Assembly (NCBI GenBank): GCA_051003195.1
Contig: JBPCLP010000051.1
Span: 1 to 36,339 of the forward strand
DNA length: 36,339 nt
Direction of reading: 5' to 3'
DNA from: Candidatus Sumerlaeaceae bacterium
GTDB taxonomy: Bacteria > Sumerlaeota > Sumerlaeia > Sumerlaeales > Sumerlaeaceae
A model generated the notes under the pieces. The model did no database searches. It was not told the origin of the DNA and was given only the letters and a program-made list of their open reading frames with translations. The translations under genes and the position numbers were made by a program. Shown in pieces: positions 18,047-27,077 of this stretch (position 1 is its first letter; each line of letters opens with the position of its first letter).

Positions 18047-19276
18047 GTGCGCGGGGATAAAGTTTTGCTGCTGACCCCGATCGGGCGCGACTCGCAGCTG
18101 ATCTGTGATGTTCTGGCTTCCGAGGGTATGAATCCCTGCGCTTTCCGGACCATTGAGGACCTATGCGCAGAGATGCACAGCGCAGCTGGAACGGGAATCC
18201 TGGCACTGGAAGCTTTGACCAGGCAGGCACTTCAATACTTAACCGACGCGCTGAAGCAGCAGCCGTCATGGTCTGACTTCCCACTTATTCTCATGGTGGG
18301 TGGCGCTAATGCTACGCGTTCGGAGACGTACATCTCAGATGCTCTACGGCCACTGGGCCACGTGACCCTTTTAGAGCGGCCCGTTCGCAAGGCAACCCTG
18401 ATCACCGCCGTGCGCGCTGCGTTGAGGTCCCGAATGCGCCAGTACGATGTACGGGATAACCTCGAAGAATTAAAGCGCGCCGAACGTGAGATCCGACTGA
18501 CAAACGAACAAATGGAAATGGCGCGTAATGAGGCGCTGCATGCCAGCCGAATCAAAAGCCAGTTTCTTGCGAACATGAGCCATGAACTTCGCACCCCGCT
18601 CAACGCCATTCTTGGTTTTGCAGAGATGATGGGCGAGGAACCTGTGGTTGCGCAAAACCGTGAACTCCTGGCGGATGTGCATAATATTGTGGCTGCCGGA
18701 AGGCATTTGCTGGAGCTGATCAGCGACATACTTGACCTGTCGAAGATCGAGGCCGGGCAAATGAGGGTGGTGCGGGAACCCTTTAGCGTGAACGACCTCG
18801 TTGATGGGGTGAGCCGCACGATGGCACCACTGGTCAAGCGCAACAGCAATGTCTTCCACGTTCGAAAAGACGGCGAACTGGGTACTGCGGTTACGGATGA
18901 GGTAAAACTCCGCCAGAGCCTTCTGAACCTGTTGTCCAATGCGAGCAAGTTTACCGAGCACGGGCAGATCACGCTCGCGGCCAAGCGGCGGGCCATCGGA
19001 AAGCAGGAGTGGCTGGAGTTTGAGGTGCGCGATACCGGGATCGGGATAGCGCACGAGGACCTGGATAGCCTCGGAACCGATTTCCTGCAGTTGGACAGCG
19101 CACACACAAAGCGCCATGGCGGCGCTGGTTTGGGGCTTTCGCTGACTCGCCGTTTTTGCCAGATGATGGGTGGACAACTTCTGGTGGAGAGCGAACCCGG
19201 TCGTGGTTCGATGTTCACCGTGCAGATCCCGGCAATCAGACCGGCGCAGGCGCGCGCCGTAATCGCTTCGAAGTAA
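18047..19276 (+). CDS. Histidine kinase with degenerate N-terminal receiver-like domain
   Basis: H-box FLANMSHELRTPLNAILG, N-box NLLSNASKFT, DTGIG and GAGLGL; N-terminal PSWSDFP...LLERPV segment; 8 nt downstream of kaiC. Confidence 0.92.
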   Translation: MRGDKVLLLTPIGRDSQLICDVLASEGMNPCAFRTIEDLCAEMHSAAGTGILALEALTRQALQYLTDALKQQPSWSDFPLILMVGGANATRSETYISDALRPLGHVTLLERPVRKATLITAVRAALRSRMRQYDVRDNLEELKRAEREIRLTNEQMEMARNEALHASRIKSQFLANMSHELRTPLNAILGFAEMMGEEPVVAQNRELLADVHNIVAAGRHLLELISDILDLSKIEAGQMRVVREPFSVNDLVDGVSRTMAPLVKRNSNVFHVRKDGELGTAVTDEVKLRQSLLNLLSNASKFTEHGQITLAAKRRAIGKQEWLEFEVRDTGIGIAHEDLDSLGTDFLQLDSAHTKRHGGAGLGLSLTRRFCQMMGGQLLVESEPGRGSMFTVQIPAIRPAQARAVIASK

Positions 19277-19322
19277 GTAACCCCGCGTCGCCTGAACGAA
19301 ACAGGCCTGGAGCCAGTACCTG

Positions 19323-20486
19323 TTGTCTGTGGAAACATCGCCCGGTCACTTTATCTATGTTCACGTGCCCTTCTGTAAGCAGAAGTGCAGCTACTGCGAC
19401 TTTTTTACCATTACCGATCCGTCCGGCATGCACCCGCTCGCGCCGGTGTGGCTGGAGCTGTGCGCGCGCGAGGCTGACCTCTGGGTCAAGGCGGGCGACA
19501 TGGACCTCGCGCGACCCGTACAGACTGTCTTCTTCGGCGGTGGAACGCCGAGCCTGCTGGAGCCGAAGAGTATCGAAAGCTTCCTGCGGACTCTTCGCGA
19601 AAGTTTTGGATTTTTGCCGGACGTCGAGATCACGCTGGAGACACAGCCCGATACCGTCGACCTTGAGAAGCTCGCTGCTTTTTCCGCTGCAGGCATTAAC
19701 CGATTCTCGATCGGCGTGCAGACATTTGATGCGGCGACACTGGCGCAAACCGGTCGTCGTCACAGCGTGCAGCAATCACGGAGCACGCTGCAAGCCGCCA
19801 CGGCGACCGGAGAGGTTGTAAGTCTCGACCTGATCTGCGCGTGGCCCGGGCAAACGCTCGACCAGTGGATGGCTGACCTGGAGGAAGCGCTTTCGTTTAC
19901 TCCCGCTCACATCAGCGTGTATGAGCTCACATACCATGAGGGCACGCTGCTGGAGCGCGATCGCAGAGCCGGGCGAGTATCTGAATTGGACGAACAGCTC
20001 AGAATTTCCATGTTCGAACACACGCGCAGCACGCTGGGAGCGGAGGGATTCGAGCACTACGAAATTTCGAACTACGCCCGTCCCCGGATGCGCTCCCTGC
20101 ATAATCAGAACTACTGGCAGCTGGGAAACTACATCGGACTGGGAGCGGGCGCACACTCACTGGTGTTTCCGAACCGATACGAAAACCCAAATTCCGCGGG
20201 CGACTACGCTCGAGCGATTGAAAGAAAGCGACTGTTCCGCCGCCTTAGCAATACGAGCGATCCGGATGTCTTCCTGGCGGAAAATCTCCAAATGGCGATT
20301 CGTTCCCTGGATGGCGTGGACCTGGACTGGTTTGGGAAAAAGATCGGGAGAGATGTGCTCTCGCAGAAGCGCAGCCGTATAGAAGGGCTCGCTTCGGAAG
20401 GACTACTCGAACTCTATGGTAGTGTCCTCCGGCTTACGCCACAGGGCCAGCTTCGCTCCGACAGTATCATCGGGCATTTGCTTTAG
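19323..20486 (+). CDS. hemW: Radical SAM heme chaperone HemW
   Basis: YVHVPFC-KQK-CSYCDF, GGGTPS, HYEISNY and the HNxxYW signature (HNQNYW). Confidence 0.9.
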   Translation: MSVETSPGHFIYVHVPFCKQKCSYCDFFTITDPSGMHPLAPVWLELCAREADLWVKAGDMDLARPVQTVFFGGGTPSLLEPKSIESFLRTLRESFGFLPDVEITLETQPDTVDLEKLAAFSAAGINRFSIGVQTFDAATLAQTGRRHSVQQSRSTLQAATATGEVVSLDLICAWPGQTLDQWMADLEEALSFTPAHISVYELTYHEGTLLERDRRAGRVSELDEQLRISMFEHTRSTLGAEGFEHYEISNYARPRMRSLHNQNYWQLGNYIGLGAGAHSLVFPNRYENPNSAGDYARAIERKRLFRRLSNTSDPDVFLAENLQMAIRSLDGVDLDWFGKKIGRDVLSQKRSRIEGLASEGLLELYGSVLRLTPQGQLRSDSIIGHLL

Positions 20487-20566
20487 ACATAAGCGTAGCT
20501 ATTGAAAGCTTTAGGTTGCTGAGTGCGAGCTTGCATTTGGTCCAGCAGGCATCCTACGAGGAGTAC

Positions 20567-21688
20567 ATGGTAAACTCGGGCAGCAGTTCGTCACCAGCGG
20601 AAGTCGAGAGCGGTCCGCGGACTCCGGGGGTGCGCCTGCGTGAGCTGATAAGGGCAGGCGTGGGCGAAGGTGCGAGTGACCTGCACCTGCGGGCCGGGCA
20701 GCAGCCACGGCTCCGTATTGACGGTGAACTTTACCAGCTCGAGGGGCACGCGATGTCCGAAACGGACCTGCGCGATTCATTGCATGGGATGCTCACACCA
20801 GCGATGCTCGAGCGGTTTGAACGGACGCGCGAACTCGATTTTTCCTATTCGCTTCCCGGCGCAAGCCGTATGCGCTTCAACCTGTATATTCAACAGGGTA
20901 CGATGTGCGCCGCCATCCGGCTTATCCCGGAAAAGGTGCCGACCATGGAGGAGATTTATCTGCCGAAGGTCGCTTATAACTTCGTGTCACTCCATGCGGG
21001 GCTGGTCCTGGTAACGGGACCCACGGGCAGCGGCAAGAGCACGACACTCGCCGCAATGATCGATCACATTAACGCAAACCGCCGCTGCCACATACTCACG
21101 ATTGAAGACCCGGTGGAATATGTCTTCCAGGAGAAGATGGCGATGGTCAGCCAGCGAGAGATGGGCTTCGACACAGCGGCTTATTCCGCGGCTCTGCGTC
21201 ATGCCTTCCGGCAGGACCCTGACGTCGTCATGATCGGCGAAATGCGCGATCAGGAAACAATGCAGGCCGCAATCACACTTGCTGAAACGGGCCACCTGAC
21301 GTTCTCGACGCTTCACACAACCGACGCAGCGCAAACGATTCATCGAATCATCGACTCGTTTCCACCGCATCACCAGTCGCAGATCCGCGCGCAGCTTGGC
21401 GTGAGCCTGCAGGGAATTATATCCCAGAAGCTTGTTCCGCTGAAGGACCGTCGCGGTCGCGTTTCTGCGCGCGAAGTACTTGTCGCGAACCGCGGCGTGC
21501 GCAACCTGCTGCGCGAGGGAAAAGTTCCCCAGATTTTTTCCGCCATCCAGACGGGCCAGGAGGATGGCATGATGACGATGAACTACTCACTTGGGGAGCT
21601 GGTGCAGCGCGGCATCCTGTCGTATGACACCGCGCTCGATCATTCACCGGACCGCAAAGACTTCGCGGCGAAGTATACACCCAAGTAA
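20567..21688 (+). CDS. pilT: Type IV pilus retraction ATPase, PilT family
   Basis: ASDLHL, GPTGSGKSTT, TIEDPVE, RQDPDVVMIGEMRD, AETGHL-STLHT and GVRNLLRE (AIRNLIRE-like); GAGGAG SD before ATG 20567. Confidence 0.93.
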   Translation: MVNSGSSSSPAEVESGPRTPGVRLRELIRAGVGEGASDLHLRAGQQPRLRIDGELYQLEGHAMSETDLRDSLHGMLTPAMLERFERTRELDFSYSLPGASRMRFNLYIQQGTMCAAIRLIPEKVPTMEEIYLPKVAYNFVSLHAGLVLVTGPTGSGKSTTLAAMIDHINANRRCHILTIEDPVEYVFQEKMAMVSQREMGFDTAAYSAALRHAFRQDPDVVMIGEMRDQETMQAAITLAETGHLTFSTLHTTDAAQTIHRIIDSFPPHHQSQIRAQLGVSLQGIISQKLVPLKDRRGRVSAREVLVANRGVRNLLREGKVPQIFSAIQTGQEDGMMTMNYSLGELVQRGILSYDTALDHSPDRKDFAAKYTPK

Positions 21689-21704
21689 GCGCTGCCAGGC
21701 GCCT

Positions 21705-22472
21705 CTACCGAGCGGGAATCTCCGCAAAATCGATGTGCGGTAGACCGGTCAGGCTTAGCGGCACACCATAAATCTTTTGCAGTAGTTCCAGTTGCAATGT
21801 GTCACCGGGTTTGCCACACGCCTGCAGGTTCCCCCGGTCCAGGATCGCAATCCGGTCAGACCACCGTGCGGCGGTATTCAAATCATGGAATGTGGCAAGC
21901 ACTGCACTACCGGACGTGGCGAGAGATTTCATGCGATTCAAAATCTGGAGCTGGTGCCGGAGGTCGAGTTCGGCCATCGGCTCATCGAGCAACAGAACTG
22001 GCGTTTGCTGCGCAAGCGCCCGGGCGAGCAGCACAAGCCGCTGCTCGCCGCCGCTCAGCTCGTCGTAAGATCTGTCCGAGAAACCGGTCAGGCCCACCAG
22101 CGCGAGCGCCTCTGCTGCAATCTGCAAATCCTCAGGTGTATCGAGTGCAGCAAATCCCTTATATGGATGCCTTCCCATAAGCACCACATGAAGGACGCTG
22201 TACGCGAAGGCAGCATGTGAGCGCTGGGGTACGACCGCGATCTGCTGCGCGACTTCGCGACGTGATAAACCGCCCAGAGGTTGCTGGCGCAGGTAGACGC
22301 CGCCCGATGCCGGCGCAAGATATCCACTGAGAACATTCAGTAATGTTGTCTTACCTGCCCCGTTGGGACCGACGAGCGCGAGCAGTTCGCCCGCACGCAC
22401 CTCCAGGCTGATCGAATGCAGCACCGGGCGCGCCGGGTCATAGCCGAAGCTGACGTTCTCTGCCCGAATCAC
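21705..22472 (-). CDS. ABC transporter ATP-binding protein, Fe-complex/heme/cobalamin type (FepC/HmuV/BtuD-like)
   Basis: GPNGAGKTT, VLMGRHPY, LSGGEQR, LLLDEP and HDLN. Confidence 0.92.
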   Translation of the reverse strand: MIRAENVSFGYDPARPVLHSISLEVRAGELLALVGPNGAGKTTLLNVLSGYLAPASGGVYLRQQPLGGLSRREVAQQIAVVPQRSHAAFAYSVLHVVLMGRHPYKGFAALDTPEDLQIAAEALALVGLTGFSDRSYDELSGGEQRLVLLARALAQQTPVLLLDEPMAELDLRHQLQILNRMKSLATSGSAVLATFHDLNTAARWSDRIAILDRGNLQACGKPGDTLQLELLQKIYGVPLSLTGLPHIDFAEIPAR

Positions 22473-22481
22473 AGGTTCGAC

Positions 22482-22934
22482 TTACTTGACGCCGGTGTGA
22501 CCAAACCCGCCTTCGCCCCGGTGCGTGTCTCCCAGCGCGTCGGCTGATTCGTAGATCGCGCGGGTAACCGGAGCAATGATCAACTGCGCAATGCGATCGC
22601 CATGGTTGATAGTGAACGGATCCGCCCCATGATTGATCAGCAGGACCTGTACAATCCCACGGTAGTCGGAATCGATGGTGCCCGGTGTATTGAGGCAGGT
22701 GATGCCGTGACGAGCAGCGAGCCCGCTTCGGGGTCGGACCTGTCCTTCATAGCCCGCGGGGATTTCCAGCCTGAGTCCTGTTGAGATTGCCCTGAACTGC
22801 CCCGGAGGAAGCACAAGCGGCTCCTCGAGCGCCGCCCGTAAATCTGCACCGGCACTGTCCGCCGTAGCAGGAGCAGGCAGCGGCAAATCCGCGGCGACGG
22901 GTTCAGCCGTAACTTTAATCGTCATTATATCCAT
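22482..22934 (-). CDS. dut: dUTP diphosphatase
   Basis: [28 protein letters not shown] and [10 protein letters not shown] (five dUTPase motifs). Start 22925-22943. Confidence 0.97.
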   Translation of the reverse strand: MDIMTIKVTAEPVAADLPLPAPATADSAGADLRAALEEPLVLPPGQFRAISTGLRLEIPAGYEGQVRPRSGLAARHGITCLNTPGTIDSDYRGIVQVLLINHGADPFTINHGDRIAQLIIAPVTRAIYESADALGDTHRGEGGFGHTGVK

Positions 22935-23073
22935 GGCTGTCAATCACCGGTCACGGCAAGTTCCGCAACATGAAAACCCACGGTGTCGCTTGCGACGTTT
23001 TCGGGGCGCAGCGAGATAAGTAAAAAGCAGATCGGGGTTGCGCGTGTGGCCAACTGCACCCGAGACAGGTGCC

Positions 23074-23829
23074 ATGACCATGGACCTCAGTGAAATAAAG
23101 ATTCTTTTTTTCGACATCGGAAATGTCTTCGTCTCGGATGATCCATCGGGCTGCTATGGCTACCGCAGCTTATATGAACACCTGGCAAGCGAAGGTGTGC
23201 AGATGGCCGTGGACCAATTCTTCGCGAAGCGTACCGAGCACGTGCGCGCCGGCGGCAACCTGTGGACATTTGTTGCCGCACACGTCCCGCGACATGAATT
23301 CACAGAATTCCAAACGCGCGTCCGCGCGGAGATGTACAGCCGGTGGCCTGAGATGAGCCCCGAGGTTCCGGAGATGCGCAAGGCGGCGGAGGAACTGAGC
23401 AGCCATTACCGGCTGGGGATTATCGCAAATCAGCCACGGGAAGTTCGGGCGCTGCTGGATGAGCGGCGACTGCTTCCGCTGTTCGAGGTCGTTGCAATCA
23501 GTGACGAACTGGAACTGGAAAAACCTGAACACGGGATTTTCGAATGGGCGCTTGCCGAGGCGCAGGTGCGTCCTGAAGAAGCGATGATGATTGGCGACCG
23601 CATCGATAATGACATTAAACCCGCGAAGGCGCTGCAAATGCGCACTTTGTGGCTTAGGCTGGGCCATGAAGGACGTGGCTGGGAGCCAAAGGACGAGTTC
23701 GAGCAGTGCTACGCATGGAGCCTCGGCGAGGTGAACTTCTCCGAAGTGGAGCCAAAAACTCCCCAGGAAGCGCCTGACCTCATTGCGCGCAGTGCCGAAG
23801 AGCTGGTCCAATTGCTGAAGCAACCATGA
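23074..23829 (+). CDS. HAD family hydrolase
   Basis: FFDIGNV (motif I), KPEHGIF and IGDRIDNDI. Confidence 0.9.
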   Translation: MTMDLSEIKILFFDIGNVFVSDDPSGCYGYRSLYEHLASEGVQMAVDQFFAKRTEHVRAGGNLWTFVAAHVPRHEFTEFQTRVRAEMYSRWPEMSPEVPEMRKAAEELSSHYRLGIIANQPREVRALLDERRLLPLFEVVAISDELELEKPEHGIFEWALAEAQVRPEEAMMIGDRIDNDIKPAKALQMRTLWLRLGHEGRGWEPKDEFEQCYAWSLGEVNFSEVEPKTPQEAPDLIARSAEELVQLLKQP

Positions 23830-23888
23830 CCGGGCGCAGCGTTGTGATTCACATACTGGCAACGACAAGCGCGACGAATAGAAAGCCG

Positions 23889-24104
23889 CTACTCGGAGCT
23901 TTCGGGCACCGCCTGGGCTGCGGCATCGAACCCGATCCTGGAATGCGTGCCGTCACAGAACGGTTTGTTCGTGGAAGCCCCACACCGGCAAAGCGAAACC
24001 GCTTCCTTTTTCGGCAGTGCGTTTCCTTCGGAATCCAGGATCGTGAAATCGCCACTTATGCGCAGCGGACCTTTCGGCAGAACCTTGATCGTCACTTCGC
24101 CCAT
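23889..24104 (-). CDS. CDGSH iron-sulfur domain protein
   Basis: KGPL...LCRCGASTNKPFCDGTH; GGAG SD. Confidence 0.92.
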   Translation of the reverse strand: MGEVTIKVLPKGPLRISGDFTILDSEGNALPKKEAVSLCRCGASTNKPFCDGTHSRIGFDAAAQAVPESSE

Positions 24105-24139
24105 CGTAAATCTCCGAACCTGAATTTAAGTTGCCCCCA

Positions 24140-24206
24140 GTGTGCCGAATCAGCAGTTCATTACCAGACCAAAAGGCAAACTTGCCCTCGATTCGGCACA
24201 CAGAAC
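24140..24206. repeat. Inverted-repeat unit (MITE-like remnant?)
   Basis: gtgtgccgaatc (24140-24151) is the reverse complement of gattcggcacac (24190-24201). 24181-24206 is also a 24/26 inverted match to 25450-25475. Confidence 0.75.
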
Positions 24207-24354
24207 TGATTAAGAACCAACGGGTGACCACACTGGCTTATTGCTCCACACCCTGCCTGCAAGAAGATTGCCGCTGATGATAACAGACCTCACGCCAATG
24301 CGGGAAGTGACAGCCCCGTTTTCGCCTGCTAAGACCGGCACAGTTCTTTGAAAA
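24173..24354 (+). repeat. Possible diverged relative of the Abi-flanking repeat
   Basis: Three collinear exact blocks shared with 1506-1668: aaggcaaacttg (24173/1506), gggaagtgaca (24302/1597) and gttctttgaaaa (24343/1657). Spacings differ. Confidence 0.4.
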
Positions 24355-24454
24355 TACGATAGCAAAACGGCACACAAAGGCGTTTCTTTCAGAGGCTGTG
24401 AATCATGGGCCCCGTTGCCGTTTCCCTCTTTTTGCTCCGCGGCACTTAGGGGTG

Positions 24455-24520
24455 GGTCCTTATAGGTCCTTATAGGTCCTATAGGTCCTATGGGACGTAT
24501 GGGTGGGCCTATTGGTCTTA
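24455..24520. repeat. Degenerate tandem repeat GGTCCT(T)ATA, REP-like
   Basis: ggtccttata x2, ggtcctata and ggtcctatg, then decayed units. Confidence 0.85.
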
Positions 24521-24567
24521 GTCGCCCTAGGTGTGTGCGTCTCTGCGGGTCGCTGGTGGTGCGACTT

Positions 24568-25374
24568 CTAGAAATCGAGTTTTGGGCTGCTTGCTGTTGC
24601 GTAACGTTTGCGCGGGATGCGGCCAGCGAGGAAGGAGAGCCTGCCCGCTTCGCAGGCGTGTCGCATAGCATGGGCCATTGCGACCGGATTTCCAGCGCCG
24701 GCAATAGCCGTGTTCAGAAGCACGCCCTCGACTCCCAGTTCCATCGCAAGGGTCACATCGCTTGCAGTGCCCACGCCCGCATCGACAAGAATCGGTACAG
24801 TGGCTTCCTCGAGAATTATGGCGATGTTGTTGGGATTGAGTATTCCAAGGCCTGATCCAATGGGCGAACCAAGTGGCATTACCGCTGCCACTCCAACGTC
24901 CGCGAGCTTGCGCGCCATCACAGGGTCGTCGCTGGTATAGGCCATCACGGTGAAGCCGTCTTTCACCAGGACGCGGCAAGCTTCGAGAGTTTCAATTGGA
25001 TCGGGCAGTAACGTTTTCTGTTCGCTCAGCACTTCCACCTTCACGAGGTTGCCGATTTCCAGTTCGCGCGCAATGCGGCAGATGCGGATGGCGTCTTCCT
25101 TATTGAAGCAGCCTGCGGTGTTAGGCAACAGGGTGTACCTGGAGGTGTCGATATAATCGAGCAGGTTCTTTTCGCCGCGGGCGTGGGCTTCGAGGTCGAT
25201 GCGACGCAGTGCAACGGTCACAACTTCGCAGCCGGACGCGTCGAGAGCCTGCTGCATCTGTTCGAAGGTCGCGTATTTGCCAGTGCCGACGAGCAACCGT
25301 GAAGTGAATTCATGCTTGCCTACCTTCCAGGTATTGTCGGTCCGGGTGCTCGTCGAATGTTCCAGCGTGGACAT
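24568..25374 (-). CDS. thiG: Thiazole synthase
   Basis: [44 protein letters not shown] and ATASSP. Confidence 0.97.
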   Translation of the reverse strand: MSTLEHSTSTRTDNTWKVGKHEFTSRLLVGTGKYATFEQMQQALDASGCEVVTVALRRIDLEAHARGEKNLLDYIDTSRYTLLPNTAGCFNKEDAIRICRIARELEIGNLVKVEVLSEQKTLLPDPIETLEACRVLVKDGFTVMAYTSDDPVMARKLADVGVAAVMPLGSPIGSGLGILNPNNIAIILEEATVPILVDAGVGTASDVTLAMELGVEGVLLNTAIAGAGNPVAMAHAMRHACEAGRLSFLAGRIPRKRYATASSPKLDF

Positions 25375-25449
25375 TTTCTTACCTCGCAAATTACTTATTA
25401 CTGCGTATTGTGTGAACCTTGGGCGGTCTACCGTTAGTGTTCGTAATCC

Positions 25450-25475
25450 GTTCTGTGTGCCGAATCGAAGGTAAG
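25450..25475. repeat. 26-bp inverted copy of 24181-24206 in the thiS-thiG spacer
   Basis: gttctgtgtgccgaatcgaaggtaag versus the reverse complement gttctgtgtgccgaatcgagggcaag (2 mismatches). Confidence 0.85.
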
Positions 25476-25488
25476 CAGCAATCAGTTC

Positions 25489-25695
25489 TCAGCCGCCGCC
25501 CACCATCGTAATTACTTCCACGATATCCCCATCGGCAAGCGTCGTCTCATCCAGGTTGGCGCGCCGGATCACCTGTTCGTTCACGACAATCGCCACACGT
25601 TCCCGCGGGATGTTCAGCTTCGACAGCAGTTCGCCGGCGCTACGCACCTCATGTTTTGCAGTTGTGCCGTTGATGGTAAGCTTTATTTCGCGCAT
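25489..25695 (-). CDS. thiS: Sulfur carrier protein ThiS
   Basis: 68 aa with ING, VAIVVNEQVI, DGDIVEVITMVGGG C-terminal Gly-Gly; upstream of thiG. Confidence 0.96.
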   Translation of the reverse strand: MREIKLTINGTTAKHEVRSAGELLSKLNIPRERVAIVVNEQVIRRANLDETTLADGDIVEVITMVGGG

Positions 25696-25731
25696 CGATT
25701 CAGATGTCGTCCGCAGCGCAACTGCCGCTGG

Positions 25732-26940
25732 CTAGTAAAACCTTTCCCAATCACCAGCCGCCGTAACAGATTCGGTGAGAAGAGTCGCGTTCAGAAGGGT
25801 GCCTGTGAGATGGAACACAAAGCCATGGCTCGCGGGCGAGCTATAGTTCAGCACACCGGGTGGCGTGGTTGCCGTCCGGCGTGTATAGCAATCCGGATAT
25901 GTGTAGGCGCTGATAAACACCCGGTCGAAGTAGTGATCGTAATTGAAAATCTCGGTAAACTTCCAGTTCCCAAGCGTCGTCACCTGGCCCCATTCCGGGG
26001 TCGCGGTTACCTGCAACTGCTGCGCTGCGAATTGCACAAGCGCGTTTCGCATCGACAAGAAGTGGTAGAAGTCGACGACCGTGTCGGCGTTGCCGTGTGA
26101 CATAAGCATGCGGGGCGGGTCGGTGGCTGTCGTGGAAAAGATCCGCTGAACGCACTGCGCATTCAGCATGGACGTCAACGGCCCGCGCAGATCCCGCTCC
26201 GCCTGAATGCGGTTCCACTGCACGTCGGGTAGTGTACCCTGCTGCGTCGGGAAGGTAGTGTTCACGTTCCACCCTCCCACCGGATCGCCGGGGTAGCTGG
26301 TCTGTTGATCCGCCGGCGAGGTCAGTTTCATTACTCCCGCGTGAGAGTGTATTTCGGCGAATTGCTCCGGGCAGTAGAACGCCAGCTGGAGACCCAGCCA
26401 TCCGCCTCCTGAGCTGCCAAAGTAATACTGCCGCTTCCGGTCGTACTGAGGATACAGCTGCTGCAAAGTTCCGATAGCCCGGAGCACGTCGGTGATCTGA
26501 AGCTTCACGTGGTCGGCCTGCGGCGCGTAAGACAGATTTCGTGTGCCGACCGTGCAGATTAACAGGTCCTTCGAGTCCAGCCAGGTGTCATCCAGCCCGT
26601 TGTATTGGAGATCATAGTCGCTGATCGCACCGACTCCAGGGCCACGGATAACAATGCCGGTGGTTGTCGTAACGCCGCCGCTGGGGACGCGCCAGATCAT
26701 GCGAAGACTGGCCACGGAGAGATTGGGCGCGGCGGTGCTTTGGGCGTCGTACACACCCGGATCTGCGGGCAACTGTCCGGCGAAGGTGGTTTCGAGGTCC
26801 ACCGCCTTTGGTGAGGCTGCACTACGGGTGCCGTACGCCGCCATCTCGCGCGGATCGTCATCTGGTGCGAACAGAGGCGCAGCAGCAGCGGATGCGCACG
26901 TAGCAAGAAGCCCGAATGCGATGTAGAACAAATTAACCAT
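25732..26940 (-). CDS. Secreted alpha/beta-hydrolase-fold protein with C-terminal DWxxxY tail
   Basis: Signal peptide; nucleophile elbow GSSGG; HGNADTVV (Asp); DHY (candidate His); ends SVTAAGDWERFY. Confidence 0.8.
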   Translation of the reverse strand: MVNLFYIAFGLLATCASAAAAPLFAPDDDPREMAAYGTRSAASPKAVDLETTFAGQLPADPGVYDAQSTAAPNLSVASLRMIWRVPSGGVTTTTGIVIRGPGVGAISDYDLQYNGLDDTWLDSKDLLICTVGTRNLSYAPQADHVKLQITDVLRAIGTLQQLYPQYDRKRQYYFGSSGGGWLGLQLAFYCPEQFAEIHSHAGVMKLTSPADQQTSYPGDPVGGWNVNTTFPTQQGTLPDVQWNRIQAERDLRGPLTSMLNAQCVQRIFSTTATDPPRMLMSHGNADTVVDFYHFLSMRNALVQFAAQQLQVTATPEWGQVTTLGNWKFTEIFNYDHYFDRVFISAYTYPDCYTRRTATTPPGVLNYSSPASHGFVFHLTGTLLNATLLTESVTAAGDWERFY

Positions 26941-27077
26941 GGCAATTAATCATGATCTAATCCGGTTGGATTGTCTCATTCAGGGTCCCGAGCGGATCGG
27001 CATGGATTAAGCCGGGAATACAACGTTCCGCGTGTCGTAGTGTGGGATTAGACACTGGGACGGAGGTCCTGGCAACC

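Noticed and set aside
18232..19338. 368-aa antisense ORF over the histidine kinase
   Set aside because: Typical shadow ORF of a GC-rich gene, with no motifs.
24210..24704. 164-aa ORF with PIGPIGP repeats
   Set aside because: Translation of the GGTCCTATA DNA repeat, overlapping the thiG 3' end.
25375..25731. TPP riboswitch for thiS-thiG
   Set aside because: Only 36 nt lie upstream of thiS, and no CTGAGA-type core was seen on the minus strand in either spacer.
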